Source: Terriglobia bacterium
Lineage (GTDB): Bacteria > Acidobacteriota > Terriglobia > JAJPHL01 > JAPKYU01
DNA length: 64,000 nt
Direction: 5' to 3'
Assembly: GCA_965223005.1 (NCBI GenBank)
Contig: CBDCVK010000010.1
Coordinates: 1,216,001 to 1,280,000 of the forward strand
In this document: in pieces, positions 49,035-59,023 of the stretch
Layout of the letters: each line of letters starts with the position of its first letter
Position numbering within the stretch: the stretch's first letter is position 1
Notes under the pieces: generated by a model
The model's input: only the letters and a program-made list of their open reading frames with translations
The model's database searches: none
Told to the model about the DNA's origin: nothing
Program-made: the position numbers and the translations under genes

Positions 49035-50051
49035 ATGGCTGAAGAACCGAAAACCCCGGCGGCTGTTGAATTGGGGAAGCTCGGCGGGCAAAAGACCGCC
49101 GAGCGTGGCACTGAGTACTACGCACAGATTCAAGCCCTACGAAAGACCAAGGCTGGAGGGCGCCCGCCCAATCCCAGGAAAGCCACTCATAAGGGGAACC
49201 TGGAAATTGGTGAACGTGAACTCCCGTGTTTCGTACTGGAGGATGGCACACGTGTAATCTCTGGACGGGGCATGACGGCGGCGATTGGCATGAGAGGCCG
49301 TGGCCAGGGAGTGGCACGAATCGTAAGCCTCCTGCAGAAGAAAGGCAATGTTTCCAGTGACTTGCTCCTGGCCATCCAGAATCCCTTGGTTTTCAACAGC
49401 GGGAGCCCTGTTCCTACCCAAGGTTACGAAGCTCAGATTCTGGTCCAGCTATGCGAGGCCTTTTTGGATGCACGGGAAGCAGGGCTACTGAAAACCTCGC
49501 AAGAGAGGCGTTACGGGGACGCCTGCTTCATCATGACCCGCGCCTTCGCCAAGGTGGGCATCATCGCCTTGGTTGATGAGGCCACGGGGTATCAGGAAAT
49601 ACGGGATCGTCTTGCCCTCCAGGCCATCCTTGACAAATTCCTTATGAAAGAACTTGCTGCCTGGGCCAAGCGTTTCCCGGATGAGTTCTATGTGCAAATG
49701 TTCCGGCTTCGCGACTGGCAGTGGAAGGGCATGAAAGTTAACCGTCCGCAGATAGTTGGACGCTATACAAACGACTTGGTCTATGAACGGCTCGCCCCAG
49801 GAATACTGGAGGAACTCCAAGCTCGGAATCCCAAGAATCCGCGTGGCCAGCGCGGGGTGAGACATCACCAGTGGCTAACCGAAAACGTGGGGCACCCTGC
49901 CCTCGCTCAGCACCTCTATGCACTCATCGGGTTCATGCGCGTTTCGTCAACGTGGAGGCAGTTCTATCATATGGTCGAGCGTGCATATCCAAAACGGGGC
50001 CACAATCTGTTGTTGCCTCTTGGAGAACCTTCGGCGGAATCGGAGGCATGA
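49035..50051 (+). CDS. P63C domain protein (phage antirepressor-like) with N-terminal AAVELGKLGG motif
   Basis: CFVLEDGTRVIS, VGIIALVDEATGYQ, WAKRFPDEFY, VYERLAPG, HHQWLT. Confidence 0.88.
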   Translation: MAEEPKTPAAVELGKLGGQKTAERGTEYYAQIQALRKTKAGGRPPNPRKATHKGNLEIGERELPCFVLEDGTRVISGRGMTAAIGMRGRGQGVARIVSLLQKKGNVSSDLLLAIQNPLVFNSGSPVPTQGYEAQILVQLCEAFLDAREAGLLKTSQERRYGDACFIMTRAFAKVGIIALVDEATGYQEIRDRLALQAILDKFLMKELAAWAKRFPDEFYVQMFRLRDWQWKGMKVNRPQIVGRYTNDLVYERLAPGILEELQARNPKNPRGQRGVRHHQWLTENVGHPALAQHLYALIGFMRVSSTWRQFYHMVERAYPKRGHNLLLPLGEPSAESEA

Positions 50052-50204
50052 CCCGCTGGCGGCCTTACCTTCCAAGGTCACCACCAGGCAGCACAAGTCA
50101 AATTAGGACACTACCGAAAATTCAAGGCGTGCTCTAAACGGACCCCGCCCTTAGTTTCCCGACCGAGCCTTCTGGGGGAAAATCAGCCACAGGCTTGGAG
50201 AAAA

Positions 50205-50762
50205 TCAGCCGGGCCGGGTGGTAAGCAGGCGGCGGAGGCGGTGGCGACTCATCATCAGGGCGGCCAGGCTCATGCCGTCACGGAAGCGGTTGGTGGCGAT
50301 CAGCCGCTCGAGCTCCGCCCAGCCGACCGAACGCACGCGGATGTGCTCGGTAGGCTCCGGTTGCTGCCTCTGCCGGCGCAGGCCGGTGGCCAGGAAGACG
50401 TGGCAGAATTCGCTGCTCACGCCGCTGTAGACGACAAACTTGCCGATCTTTTCCAGCCGCCGCGCCACGTAGCCCGTCTCTTCCTTCAGCTCCTTGCGGG
50501 CTGCGGCCGCCAGTGGCAGCCCGTCGGTGCCGCCTCCTGGCAGTTCGTAATTCCAGCCGTGTGTCGGGTAGCGATACTCCCGGATGATGATGATGCGGCC
50601 CTCCCGGGTCACCGGCACGATCAGTACCGAGGGGTCGGCCTCCACGACCACGTGCTGGAATTCGTGCCCGGCAGGAGAACGCACCCGGTGATTCTCCAAA
50701 CACAGCCAGGGACTGGAAAAAATCCGTTTGACCTCAAGGCACTTCCATTGCCGCTTGGCCAT
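50205..50762 (-). CDS. NUDIX hydrolase (ADP-ribose pyrophosphatase-like)
   Basis: ELPGG..AARKELKEETG Nudix box. Confidence 0.93.
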   Translation of the reverse strand: MAKRQWKCLEVKRIFSSPWLCLENHRVRSPAGHEFQHVVVEADPSVLIVPVTREGRIIIIREYRYPTHGWNYELPGGGTDGLPLAAAARKELKEETGYVARRLEKIGKFVVYSGVSSEFCHVFLATGLRRQRQQPEPTEHIRVRSVGWAELERLIATNRFRDGMSLAALMMSRHRLRRLLTTRPG

Positions 50763-51035
50763 GCTAGCTCCTCAATTCAGGGTCTAAAGTCCCAACTCCT
50801 AATAGCGAGACACCGAAAAATAAATCCTGCCCACAAGCAGACCAGGCCCTGCCAGTCTCTCCAAACATAGCTCCCTCGAAGACCCATCGCAGACATTGTG
50901 CCGCAAGTAGTACTTGGAAGACACGCGACCCGGGCTTGCGCACCGTGCTCAGGACCTCCCTGTGGTATAGTTTCATCGAAATGGCCGGCCTGATGGCGAC
51001 AAGCGACCGCTTGCTGCCAACGAGGAGTCCAATGC

Positions 51036-51566
51036 ATGTGGAAAACACGTAAAGAAGAAGCCACAACCAACGTGGCAAAGGAGGTGAGTCCTGTGGCTAC
51101 ACCCAGTGAACGGAGACCTTTCGAGCCAGAGCGGGAAGGATCGGCCCGCAGTGGCATGGCCTACATCGGCAAAACCGTCGTCGTAAAAGGAGAGCTGTCA
51201 GGAAGGGAGGACCTGTACCTTGATGGAGAAGTCGAAGGCACGGTGGAACTGCGAGACCACAACCTGACCGTCGGACCTAATGGCCGGGTCAAGGCCAACC
51301 TGCACGCCAAGGACATTACCATCATCGGCAAAGTGCAGGGGAACGTGCGCGCCATCGACAAGGTCGAGATCCGGAAGTCCGGATCGCTGATCGGCGATAT
51401 CATCACAGCCCGGCCCATCATCGAGGAGGGCGCCTACGTCAAGGGAAGCATTGAAACCCAGCGGGCCGAAGTGGCCCGGGCGGAGGCCAGGAAAGCGGAG
51501 ACGGCCGCCGCCGCTACCGCGCCATCGTCCTATGCCGGTCTCAGCACGGAAAAGAAGCTTCCTTGA
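51036..51566 (+). CDS. Bactofilin (polymer-forming cytoskeletal protein)
   Basis: IGKTVVVKGELSGREDLYLDGEVEG, IEEGAYVKGSI. Confidence 0.92.
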   Translation: MWKTRKEEATTNVAKEVSPVATPSERRPFEPEREGSARSGMAYIGKTVVVKGELSGREDLYLDGEVEGTVELRDHNLTVGPNGRVKANLHAKDITIIGKVQGNVRAIDKVEIRKSGSLIGDIITARPIIEEGAYVKGSIETQRAEVARAEARKAETAAAATAPSSYAGLSTEKKLP

Positions 51567-51644
51567 TCCTTCCGATCGGCCAGAACCGGACGCCACCGGC
51601 CCGGACGGCCCCGCAAGACCGAGCATGTGCCCTATGGGAAAGCG

Positions 51645-52304
51645 GTGACCCAGCTTACCGAAAACCTGAAGAGGCTGTTCAAGCCGGGCGAAGTGGAGCA
51701 ACCATGGCCTCCTCCTACCCCACCGCCTCAGCTGCGCCACAGCAGCGGGGTGCGCGAATTCTGCAGCGAACTGAAAGGGCAGCGAGGCTTGCGGGTGCTC
51801 GATGTGGGCGCGGCTTGCCAGGCCAACGTCAGTTTCTTCACTGGACTGGGCCACAAGATTTACACCGAAGACATTTACCCGGCGCTGGCCAGCAATGCCT
51901 ATCGCGTGCGCGGAGAGAAAGGCCGGTGGCGTTTCGACCCTCAGGCCTTTCTGGACAAGAACTTAAACTATCAGATGCTGCTGTTTGACGCCGTGCTGTG
52001 CTGGGACCTGCTGGACCGGGTGGAGGGAAGCGCAGTGCGGCCTCTGGTGGATCGCCTGCATTGGGTTCTGAAACCAGGCGGCGTGCTGCTCAGCTTCTTC
52101 CACACCGCAGAGCCGGGCGCTACTGTTCCTAGCTACCGCTACTTGATCCAGGGGGCAGAGACACTCGAGTTGCTGCCCCGCGGCCAGACCCCGTTGCGTC
52201 GCCCTCTGAACAACCGCAACATTGAAAAACTGTTCCGGACGTTCCACTCCATCAAGTTTTTCCTGGCGCGCGACAATCTACGCGAAGTCCTGATTATCCG
52301 CTGA
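51645..52304 (+). CDS. Class I SAM-dependent methyltransferase-like protein
   Basis: VLDVGAA, FDAVLCWD, LKPGG. Confidence 0.8.
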   Translation: MTQLTENLKRLFKPGEVEQPWPPPTPPPQLRHSSGVREFCSELKGQRGLRVLDVGAACQANVSFFTGLGHKIYTEDIYPALASNAYRVRGEKGRWRFDPQAFLDKNLNYQMLLFDAVLCWDLLDRVEGSAVRPLVDRLHWVLKPGGVLLSFFHTAEPGATVPSYRYLIQGAETLELLPRGQTPLRRPLNNRNIEKLFRTFHSIKFFLARDNLREVLIIR

Positions 52305-52449
52305 AACCTGAGCACGGACACCCCGGCTACGGAGTCGGCACAGGCTTGCAGCCAGTGCGGAAAAGACTTACTCTTCCAAAAACCAGAACACTCGGCCCAT
52401 GGGCCGAAGGGGTGCTGGGAAACCCTCAGAACCCAGGAGCGGCATAGGC

Positions 52450-54985
52450 ATGACGTCCAATCGATCGTTGCTATGTTGGGGGCTTTGCTGGCTGGCATTA
52501 ATCGTTGCCACGCCCGCGTTCGGGCAGTTCGACGACGCTAGCTTTTGCCTCTCACCACGGGCCCTGAATATTTCTGCTGTCGTGGGAGCTGCACCCACAC
52601 TCCATTTTGTTAGCGTCAACGAGGCCATCTGCCCTCTAGAGGAAGTGGATAGGGGCACCGCTAATCTTTCGGTGACTTACCTGAACGGAACAGGCTGGCT
52701 CAGCTCTCCGAACTCCTTCCTAATAGGGCCGGGTGAGGTGAACAGCGTCACCGTGACAGTTAATTATGCAGCCTTGCCGGGAGCCGGAGTGTATCAGGCA
52801 CTGATCAGCGGCATTCACACCGACACTCTCATCAGCGGCATTCACACCGACATGGGGGGGGAGACCGTTCAGTTCACCATTCCGGTCACGGTTACATTGG
52901 GCGGGCAGATCCAGGACATGAGCAAGTGTGTCTCTCCACGGACCCTGAATCTTTCCGCCATAGTGGGGGCTGCTCCCACACAGCATGTTATTGGCGTTAA
53001 CGAGGAAATCCCGGACTGCGCGGTTGAGCAGGCGTTCTTCTTTATTATTTCGGTCACTTACCTAAACAGAACAGGCTGGCTCAGCGTTCCGCCGTCCGTC
53101 ACGATCGCGCCAGGTCAGGCGAACACTATCCCCGTGACAGTTAGTTACGCGGCCTTGCCGGGGCCCGGAGTCTATCAGGCGCTCATCATCCTCTCCTTTT
53201 CCGAGCCGGATCCGGAGACGGGACTGACCGACCAAGCAACCATCCCGGTCGCGGTCACATTGAGTGAGTCGCGTGCCAGGCTGTCACTCAGCCGGACGGC
53301 GTTTCTGTTCCGGGTGGTGCAGGATGGGCCGGCTCCGCGGGCGCGGAGGCTGAGAGTGTACAACCCAGGAATAGGAATGTTGAACTGGTCTCTTTCCGGG
53401 CTTCCATCCTGGCTTACAGTTTTCCCGCTGTCGGGAACAAGTAACGCGGGCCAGAGTTCGGCGACCACGCTGACTGCCGACCCAACGGGATTGACTCCTG
53501 GCGTCTTCCAGGCGCTGGTGACCGTATCCGCGCCGGGAGCGGCTAATGATCCTCAACTGTTTTCAGTGACGCTCCTCGTGGCGCCGGCGGCTACACCCGC
53601 CTCCGCGGACATTAGTCCCCAGGGGCTGCTGTTTCTAGCCGAGCAGGGTGGCACGATGCCAGCAACCCAAGACCTGACCGTCAGCAACGCGGGAGCGGGA
53701 GCACTCACGGCTGATTTTGTGACTTCCACCAGTTCCGGCGGGGAGTGGCTGATGGTGACACCGTCCGGCGGGACCACGTCGCCGGGTCCGTTCACACTCC
53801 AGGTATCGGTGAATCCGGCGGCGCTGGCAGCCGGTGTCTACCGAGGCAACCTCACCGGCACGTTTTCCTCCGGGCCACAGCAGGAGGTAGCGGTCTTATT
53901 GGTCGTAACCCCTCCGGCTGCTGCGCTGCGGGCACAGGCGCTGGGTCTGCCCGGCGCGGCCCAGTGCGATCCGATGGGGCTTGAGCTGCTGGCTACCACC
54001 ATCGGCACCGGGCTGAGCCTGCCAGTTTCCTTCCCTCGAGTGCTCACGGCGCTGGTGGTGGACAACTGTGGCGGCAACGTGGCCAATGCCACGTTGGTGG
54101 CCAGCGTCGAGGGCCTGAACATCCCGCTGCTCTCGCTGGGTGATGGCTTCTACAGCGGCACGTGGACGCCGGTGAGCGCGGCGGACGAGGTTCTGGTCAC
54201 CTTTGCGGCGCTGCATCCCACCCTGACCAAGGCGCAGCGCTCTTTTACGGTGGAGACGGCAGCTGCGCCGGGGGGCGCCACTTTGCCGTTGTTGTTTGCC
54301 GACGGGGTGGTGGAAGGGGCCGGTTTCACGAAGCGGCGGCCGCTGTCTGGCGGCGGCATCATCTCCCTGTTCGGTGCGAGCTTTGCCACCGAGAACAACT
54401 TCGCCGGCTTCCCGCTCCCGCGGGAGCTGGCCGGGGTTAGCGTGCGGGTAGGAAACGAGGACGCGCCGCTGTTTTTCGTGGGCCCGGGGCAGATTAACGC
54501 GCAGCTGCCGTTTGAGGTGAGCACGGGCGACAGCGTTCCAGTCGCCATCACCGTGGACGGCTTGCTGACCGCGCCGCAGAACTACCTGATTGCTGCTGGG
54601 CAGCCAGGCATCTTCATTTCCGGCGAGAACGCCGCCATCCTGGACGCCTCGTTCCAGCTGGTGACAGCCCAGAACCCGGCGCGGGCCGGCGACACGATAC
54701 AGATCTTCTGCACCGGCTTGGGGGCGGTGGACGTGGCAGTGGAGACGGGAGCCCCGGGCCCCTCGTTCAGCACCGTCCTAGGTGCCGGTGACGGTGACCA
54801 TCGGAGAAATTGACGCCCCGGTGGTCTTCCAAGGACTGGCGCCCGGCTTTGTGGGGCTCTACCAAGTGAACGCCGTCGTACCCTCGGGCGTTCCGCTGGA
54901 CGCCGCCCCCTCGCTGGTTCTCACGCAGAACGGGATTGTCGCCAACCCCGACAGCACCGTTACCATCCCCTTACAAGCACCCTGA
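52450..54985 (+). CDS. TIGR03437-family secreted BACON/Ig-repeat protein with one frameshift near 54780
   Basis: GQINAQLPFE, NPARAGD; the PGFVGLYQVN tail continues in another frame (54782-54985). Confidence 0.8.
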
Positions 54986-55035
54986 GCCGGGGGCGCCGGG
55001 CCGCTGCCTGCGCCCTCGTGATAGAATCCAGGTGC

Positions 55036-55078
55036 GCCATGACAAACCTGCCATGATAAACCTGCCATGACAAACCTG
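55036..55078 (+). repeat. 14-bp x3 tandem repeat spanning the purA start
   Basis: gccatgacaaacct gccatgataaacct gccatgacaaacct. Confidence 0.9.
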
Positions 55079-56401
55079 ATTGTTGTGGGAACCCAGTGGG
55101 GCGACGAGGGCAAGGGCAAGGTGGTCGACCTGCTGGCCGAGAAATTTGATATCGTCGCCCGCTACCAGGGCGGCCATAACGCCGGCCACACGGTGCACCT
55201 GGGGGAGCAGAAGTTCATCCTCCAGTTGATCCCAGTGGCATCCTGCGCCCCAACAAGCTGGCGGTGATCGGCAACGGTGTGGTGCTGGACCCGGCCGCCC
55301 TGCTGGCGGAAATCGAGGCGCTGGAGCAGGCCGGGGTCCAGGTGAGCGGCCGGCTGTACATCAGCCACCGCGCCCAGATCGTCCTTCCTTACCACCGGAT
55401 GATGGAGAAGGCGGCCGAAAGCGCGCCGGGCAAGGCGCGCATCGGCACAACCTCGCGGGGTATCGGCCCCACCTACGAGGACAAGATGGGCCGGCGCGGC
55501 ATCCGGCTGGCCGACCTGCTGGATGCGGAGGTCGTTTGCCTGCCTGGTGGAGCTATGTGTGGCCGAGAAAAACCTGCTTGCCCAGGCGCTGAACTCACCG
55601 GATTCGGTGGATGCCCGCCAGATCGTGGAACAGTATCAGCAGTATGGGGAGCGGTTGCGTCCCCTGGCCGCTGATACTGCTGCGTTACTGGGCCGCGAGA
55701 TGGAGCGCGGCCGGTCGGTGTTATTCGAAGGCGCCCAGGGCACCATGCTGGACATTGACCACGGCACCTACCCGTTCGTCACCTCCTCCAACGCCACGGC
55801 CGGTGGCGCCTGCATCGGGCTGGGCGTGCCACCCACCCGCATCGGCCGAGTGGTGGGCGTTTCCAAAGCCTACACCACACGCGTCGGCGGCGGGCCCTTC
55901 CCCAGCGAGGCCCGCGGTCCGGACGGAGACAAGCTTCGCCAGCGCGGCGACGAGTTCGGCTCGGTTACCGGTCGGCCGCGCCGTTGCGGCTGGTTGGACC
56001 TGCCGGTGCTCCGCTACAGCCACATAATCAACGGGCTGGACTCGCTGGTCATCACCAAGCTGGACGTGCTCGACCATCTCGATGAGATTCCGGTCTGCGT
56101 CGGGTACCGCTACCGCGGAAGCGACTTGAACGAGATGCCCGCCCTGGCCCACGTGCTGGAACAGGTAGAGCCGGTGTATCGCATGCTGCCCGGGTGGCAC
56201 TGCCCCACTTTCGGCCTCAATTCCTACGAACAGCTGCCGCAGCGCGCCCTGGACTACCTGCACTTCCTCAGCGACAGCACCGGCGTGGAGGTCTCCCTGG
56301 TCTCCACAGGGCCGGATCGCGAGCAAACGGTTTGGATGCCAGGGATGAAATTCTCCGAGGAATGGAATCAGCAGGCGGCAGGTGCCGTCCCAGGTGAATG
56401 A
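55067..56401 (+). CDS. purA: Adenylosuccinate synthetase, split by two frameshifts (~55233 and ~55530)
   Basis: [41 protein letters not shown] spread over three ORFs. Confidence 0.92.
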
Positions 56402-56427
56402 AGTCCGGAGCAGCAGGAACGCCGCCC

Positions 56428-56489
56428 GTAGTTGTTGACTACATCAGGTAGTTGTGTGACCACCTCCCGTAGTTGTGTAACCACATGAT
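56428..56489. repeat. ~21-bp x3 imperfect repeat upstream of moeA
   Basis: gtagttgttgactacatcag / gtagttgtgtgaccacctccc / gtagttgtgtaaccacatgat. Confidence 0.75.
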
Positions 56490-57759
56490 GCTGCGGTTCT
56501 CCGAAGCACGGCAAACAGTCCTGGACACAGTTTTGGACAAGGTGCGCCCCGAAAGGAGCAGGCCCGCGCAGGAAACCGTGGAGCTCTCGGCCGCAGCTGG
56601 CAGAGTTCTCGCTGAGCAGGTGATCACCGACCGAGATTATCCGCCGTTTGACCGCGCCACCCGGGATGGCTACGCCGTGCGCGCGGCCGACGTGGCCGCG
56701 CCGCCGGCGGAGCTGAAGCTGACGGGCGAGGTGCGCGCCGGCTGCGCCTTGAACGGCACCGTGCAGCCCGGTGAGTGCGTCTCCATCATGACCGGGGCGC
56801 CGGTACCGGCCGGCGCCGACGCAGTGGTGATGATCGAGTACACCGAGCAACTTGTTGAGCAGGAGCCGGCTGCCGCTCGCATCCAGATCCAGCGCAGCGT
56901 GCAAGTCGGCGAGAACCTGGTGCCACGCGGCTCGGAAGCGTCCTCTGGCGCTATGGTGCTGCCCGCCGGACGGCGACTGGGCTATGCCGAAATCGCCATG
57001 CTTGCCAGTGTCGGCTGCATCCGCGTCCCGGTGTTTCGCCGGCCCCAGGTGGCCATTCTGCCCACCGGGGACGAAGTGGTGGAATTGGACTGCCAGCCGC
57101 TTCCCTTCCAGATTCGCAACAGCAACAGCTACTCGTTGCGGGTGCAGGTTGCCGCCGCCGGCGGCCACCCGTGCCCGCTGCCCATCGCGCCCGATGAATA
57201 CGGACGGTTGCGCCAGTTGATCGAACAGGGGCTTGCGGCCGACCTACTGCTGCTCTCCGGGGGCGTCTCGGTGGGCAAATATGACCTGGTGGAGCAGGTA
57301 CTGCGTGATCTGGGGGCCGAGTTCTACTTCGATGCTGTTGCCATGAAACCGGGACGCCCATTGGTGTTTGGCCGGGCGGGAGGAGCATTTTTCTTCGGCC
57401 TGCCCGGAAACCCGCTTTCCACCATGGTGACCTTCGAGCTGTTTGCGCGACCAGCGCTCGACGTACTGTGCGGGGCCGAGCCGCCTCCACTGGTGTATCT
57501 GCGCGCTCGCCTCGAGCAACCGGTGCGACAGAAGCCCGGCCTGACGGCGTTCTTGCCAGCGGTCCTGGACCGGGCGGCGCCCGCCGCGCCCAACGAAGAG
57601 GTACGGAGCGATTTCTTGCCCGCTGTGCGGGTCGTGCCCTGGCAGGGCTCGGGCGACATTGCTGCGCTGGCTCGCGCCAATTGTTATCTGGTGGTTCCGG
57701 AAGACCGCGGAGAGCTAGCCGAAGGAGAGCTGGTTGGGGTGCTGCCCCGATCCCAGTAG
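56485..57759 (+). CDS. moeA: Molybdopterin molybdotransferase
   Basis: PPFDRATRDGYAV, IMTGAPVP, TGDEV, SGGVSVG, MKPGRP, GLPGNP. Confidence 0.95.
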   Translation: MMLRFSEARQTVLDTVLDKVRPERSRPAQETVELSAAAGRVLAEQVITDRDYPPFDRATRDGYAVRAADVAAPPAELKLTGEVRAGCALNGTVQPGECVSIMTGAPVPAGADAVVMIEYTEQLVEQEPAAARIQIQRSVQVGENLVPRGSEASSGAMVLPAGRRLGYAEIAMLASVGCIRVPVFRRPQVAILPTGDEVVELDCQPLPFQIRNSNSYSLRVQVAAAGGHPCPLPIAPDEYGRLRQLIEQGLAADLLLLSGGVSVGKYDLVEQVLRDLGAEFYFDAVAMKPGRPLVFGRAGGAFFFGLPGNPLSTMVTFELFARPALDVLCGAEPPPLVYLRARLEQPVRQKPGLTAFLPAVLDRAAPAAPNEEVRSDFLPAVRVVPWQGSGDIAALARANCYLVVPEDRGELAEGELVGVLPRSQ

Positions 57760-57784
57760 GCAGCCGCCCGTCGCAAAGCAGAAC

Positions 57785-58306
57785 ATGTCCAAACCGACGC
57801 ATTGGGACAAACAGGGGCGGGCACGCATGGTAGACGTCAGCAACAAGCCCGCCACCCGCCGCCAGGCGCGTGCCCGCGCCTTCCTTCGCATCTCCCCGCA
57901 GGCGCTGCGCCGCCTGCCGGAGAACCCCAAGGGTCACCCGCTGGAGGTCGCTCGCATTGCGGGAATCACAGCCGCCAAGCGGACCGCCGAGCTGATTCCC
58001 CTGTGCCACCCGCTGCCGCTGACCCACATTGATGTGGAGGCGCGCGTGTGCGACAATGGCGTCGAGTTGTTGTCGGCCGTCAGCACCACCGGAGGCACCG
58101 GAGTGGAGATGGAGGCGCTGACCGCGGTGGCAGTCGCTGCCCTGACCGTCTACGATATGTGCAAAGCGCTGGATCGCTCGATGGAAATCACCTCCGTCTG
58201 CCTGCTGGAGAAGAGCGGCGGCCGCAGCGGCACCTACCGGAGGGAAGGCCGGAGGGAAGGCCGGAGGGAAGGCCGGAGGGAAGGCCGGAGGAAACGGTGG
58301 CCGTAA
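57785..58306 (+). CDS. moaC: Cyclic pyranopterin monophosphate synthase
   Basis: [31 protein letters not shown]. Confidence 0.96.
   Translation: MSKPTHWDKQGRARMVDVSNKPATRRQARARAFLRISPQALRRLPENPKGHPLEVARIAGITAAKRTAELIPLCHPLPLTHIDVEARVCDNGVELLSAVSTTGGTGVEMEALTAVAVAALTVYDMCKALDRSMEITSVCLLEKSGGRSGTYRREGRREGRREGRREGRRKRWP
58237..58291 (+). repeat. 12-bp x4.5 tandem repeat (ccggagggaagg) at the moaC 3' end
   Basis: Encodes (REGR)n. Confidence 0.9.
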
Positions 58307-59022
58307 AGATCCTACTGGTGGACGACAACGCACTGGTGCTGGACTTGATGCGCCGAGGGCTGGAAGCCCATGGGCAAGTAGAGGCTCTGAGCGACGGGAC
58401 CGACGCACTGTTGAAGGCGCTGGAGTCGCCTCCGGACCTGGTCATCAGCGACTACCGCATGGGCGGGCTGGACGGTCGCCAACTGCTGGAGAAACTACGC
58501 GCCAAGCCGCAAACCCAGAAAGTGCCTGTGGTCCTGCTGGCCACCAAGTCGGATGTGGATGAAAGACTGCAAGGGATTTCCGACCAGGTGGAGGACTTCT
58601 TCATCAAGCCCTTCTTCGTGCGCGACCTAACCAAGCGTGCCAAGCGGATTATTGACCGCATCCATCTGGAAAAGATACAGCGCGAGTCGGCTGCCCCCGG
58701 CGGCGGCTTCGCCGGCCGGCTGTCCGAAATGGGCATCATGGACCTGTTCCAGACCCTGGAAATGGGTCAGAAGACCTGTGCCCTGTCCGTCACCGGCCCC
58801 GACGACCGGGAGACGGCGATGATTTACTTCGCTGATGGACAAATTCACCACGCGCTGATGAATGACGTCAAAGGTGATGCCGTCATCAATCACATCGTGC
58901 ATTGGAACGACGGCGCCTTCCAACTGGACTTCACCGCGCGCAGCAACGAGCGGAGCACAACTTCCGGCACGCAAAGCCTGCTGATGGAAGCCCTCCGCCT
59001 GATGGACGAAGAGAGCATGTGA
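58297..59022 (+). CDS. Response regulator with DUF4388 domain
   Basis: ILLVDD, DLVISD, FIKPF; C-terminal GRLSEMGIMDLFQ..LLMEALRLMDE. Confidence 0.88.
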   Translation: MAVKILLVDDNALVLDLMRRGLEAHGQVEALSDGTDALLKALESPPDLVISDYRMGGLDGRQLLEKLRAKPQTQKVPVVLLATKSDVDERLQGISDQVEDFFIKPFFVRDLTKRAKRIIDRIHLEKIQRESAAPGGGFAGRLSEMGIMDLFQTLEMGQKTCALSVTGPDDRETAMIYFADGQIHHALMNDVKGDAVINHIVHWNDGAFQLDFTARSNERSTTSGTQSLLMEALRLMDEESM

Positions 59023-59023
59023 G

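Larger units (their letters stand above)
47469..50115. mobile_element. IS1-family passenger-carrying element (tIS-like), 2647 bp
   Basis: Perfect 17-bp terminal IRs GGTAGTGTCCTAATTTG (47469-47485) and CAAATTAGGACACTACC (50099-50115); DDE transposase inside; visibly lower GC. Confidence 0.88.

Noticed and set aside
47469-50115. TnpB/IscB or IS110 RNA-guided element, or prophage remnant
   Set aside because: The transposase is DDE IS1-like with terminal IRs; no RuvC, DEDD, integrase or phage structural genes were seen.
55225-55540. Programmed ribosomal frameshifting in purA
   Set aside because: No slippery heptamer, two opposite shifts would be needed, and a third indel in the neighbouring gene points to sequence error.
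56428-56489. CRISPR array (also considered for 55036-55078 and 58237-58291)
   Set aside because: Units are contiguous with no unique spacers, are too short, and there are no cas genes.
56951-58408. Long alternative-frame ORFs (also 29821-31086, 61991-63364, 28519-29529)
   Set aside because: They overlap well-supported genes, are Arg/Pro/Ala-rich and are expected in high-GC DNA.
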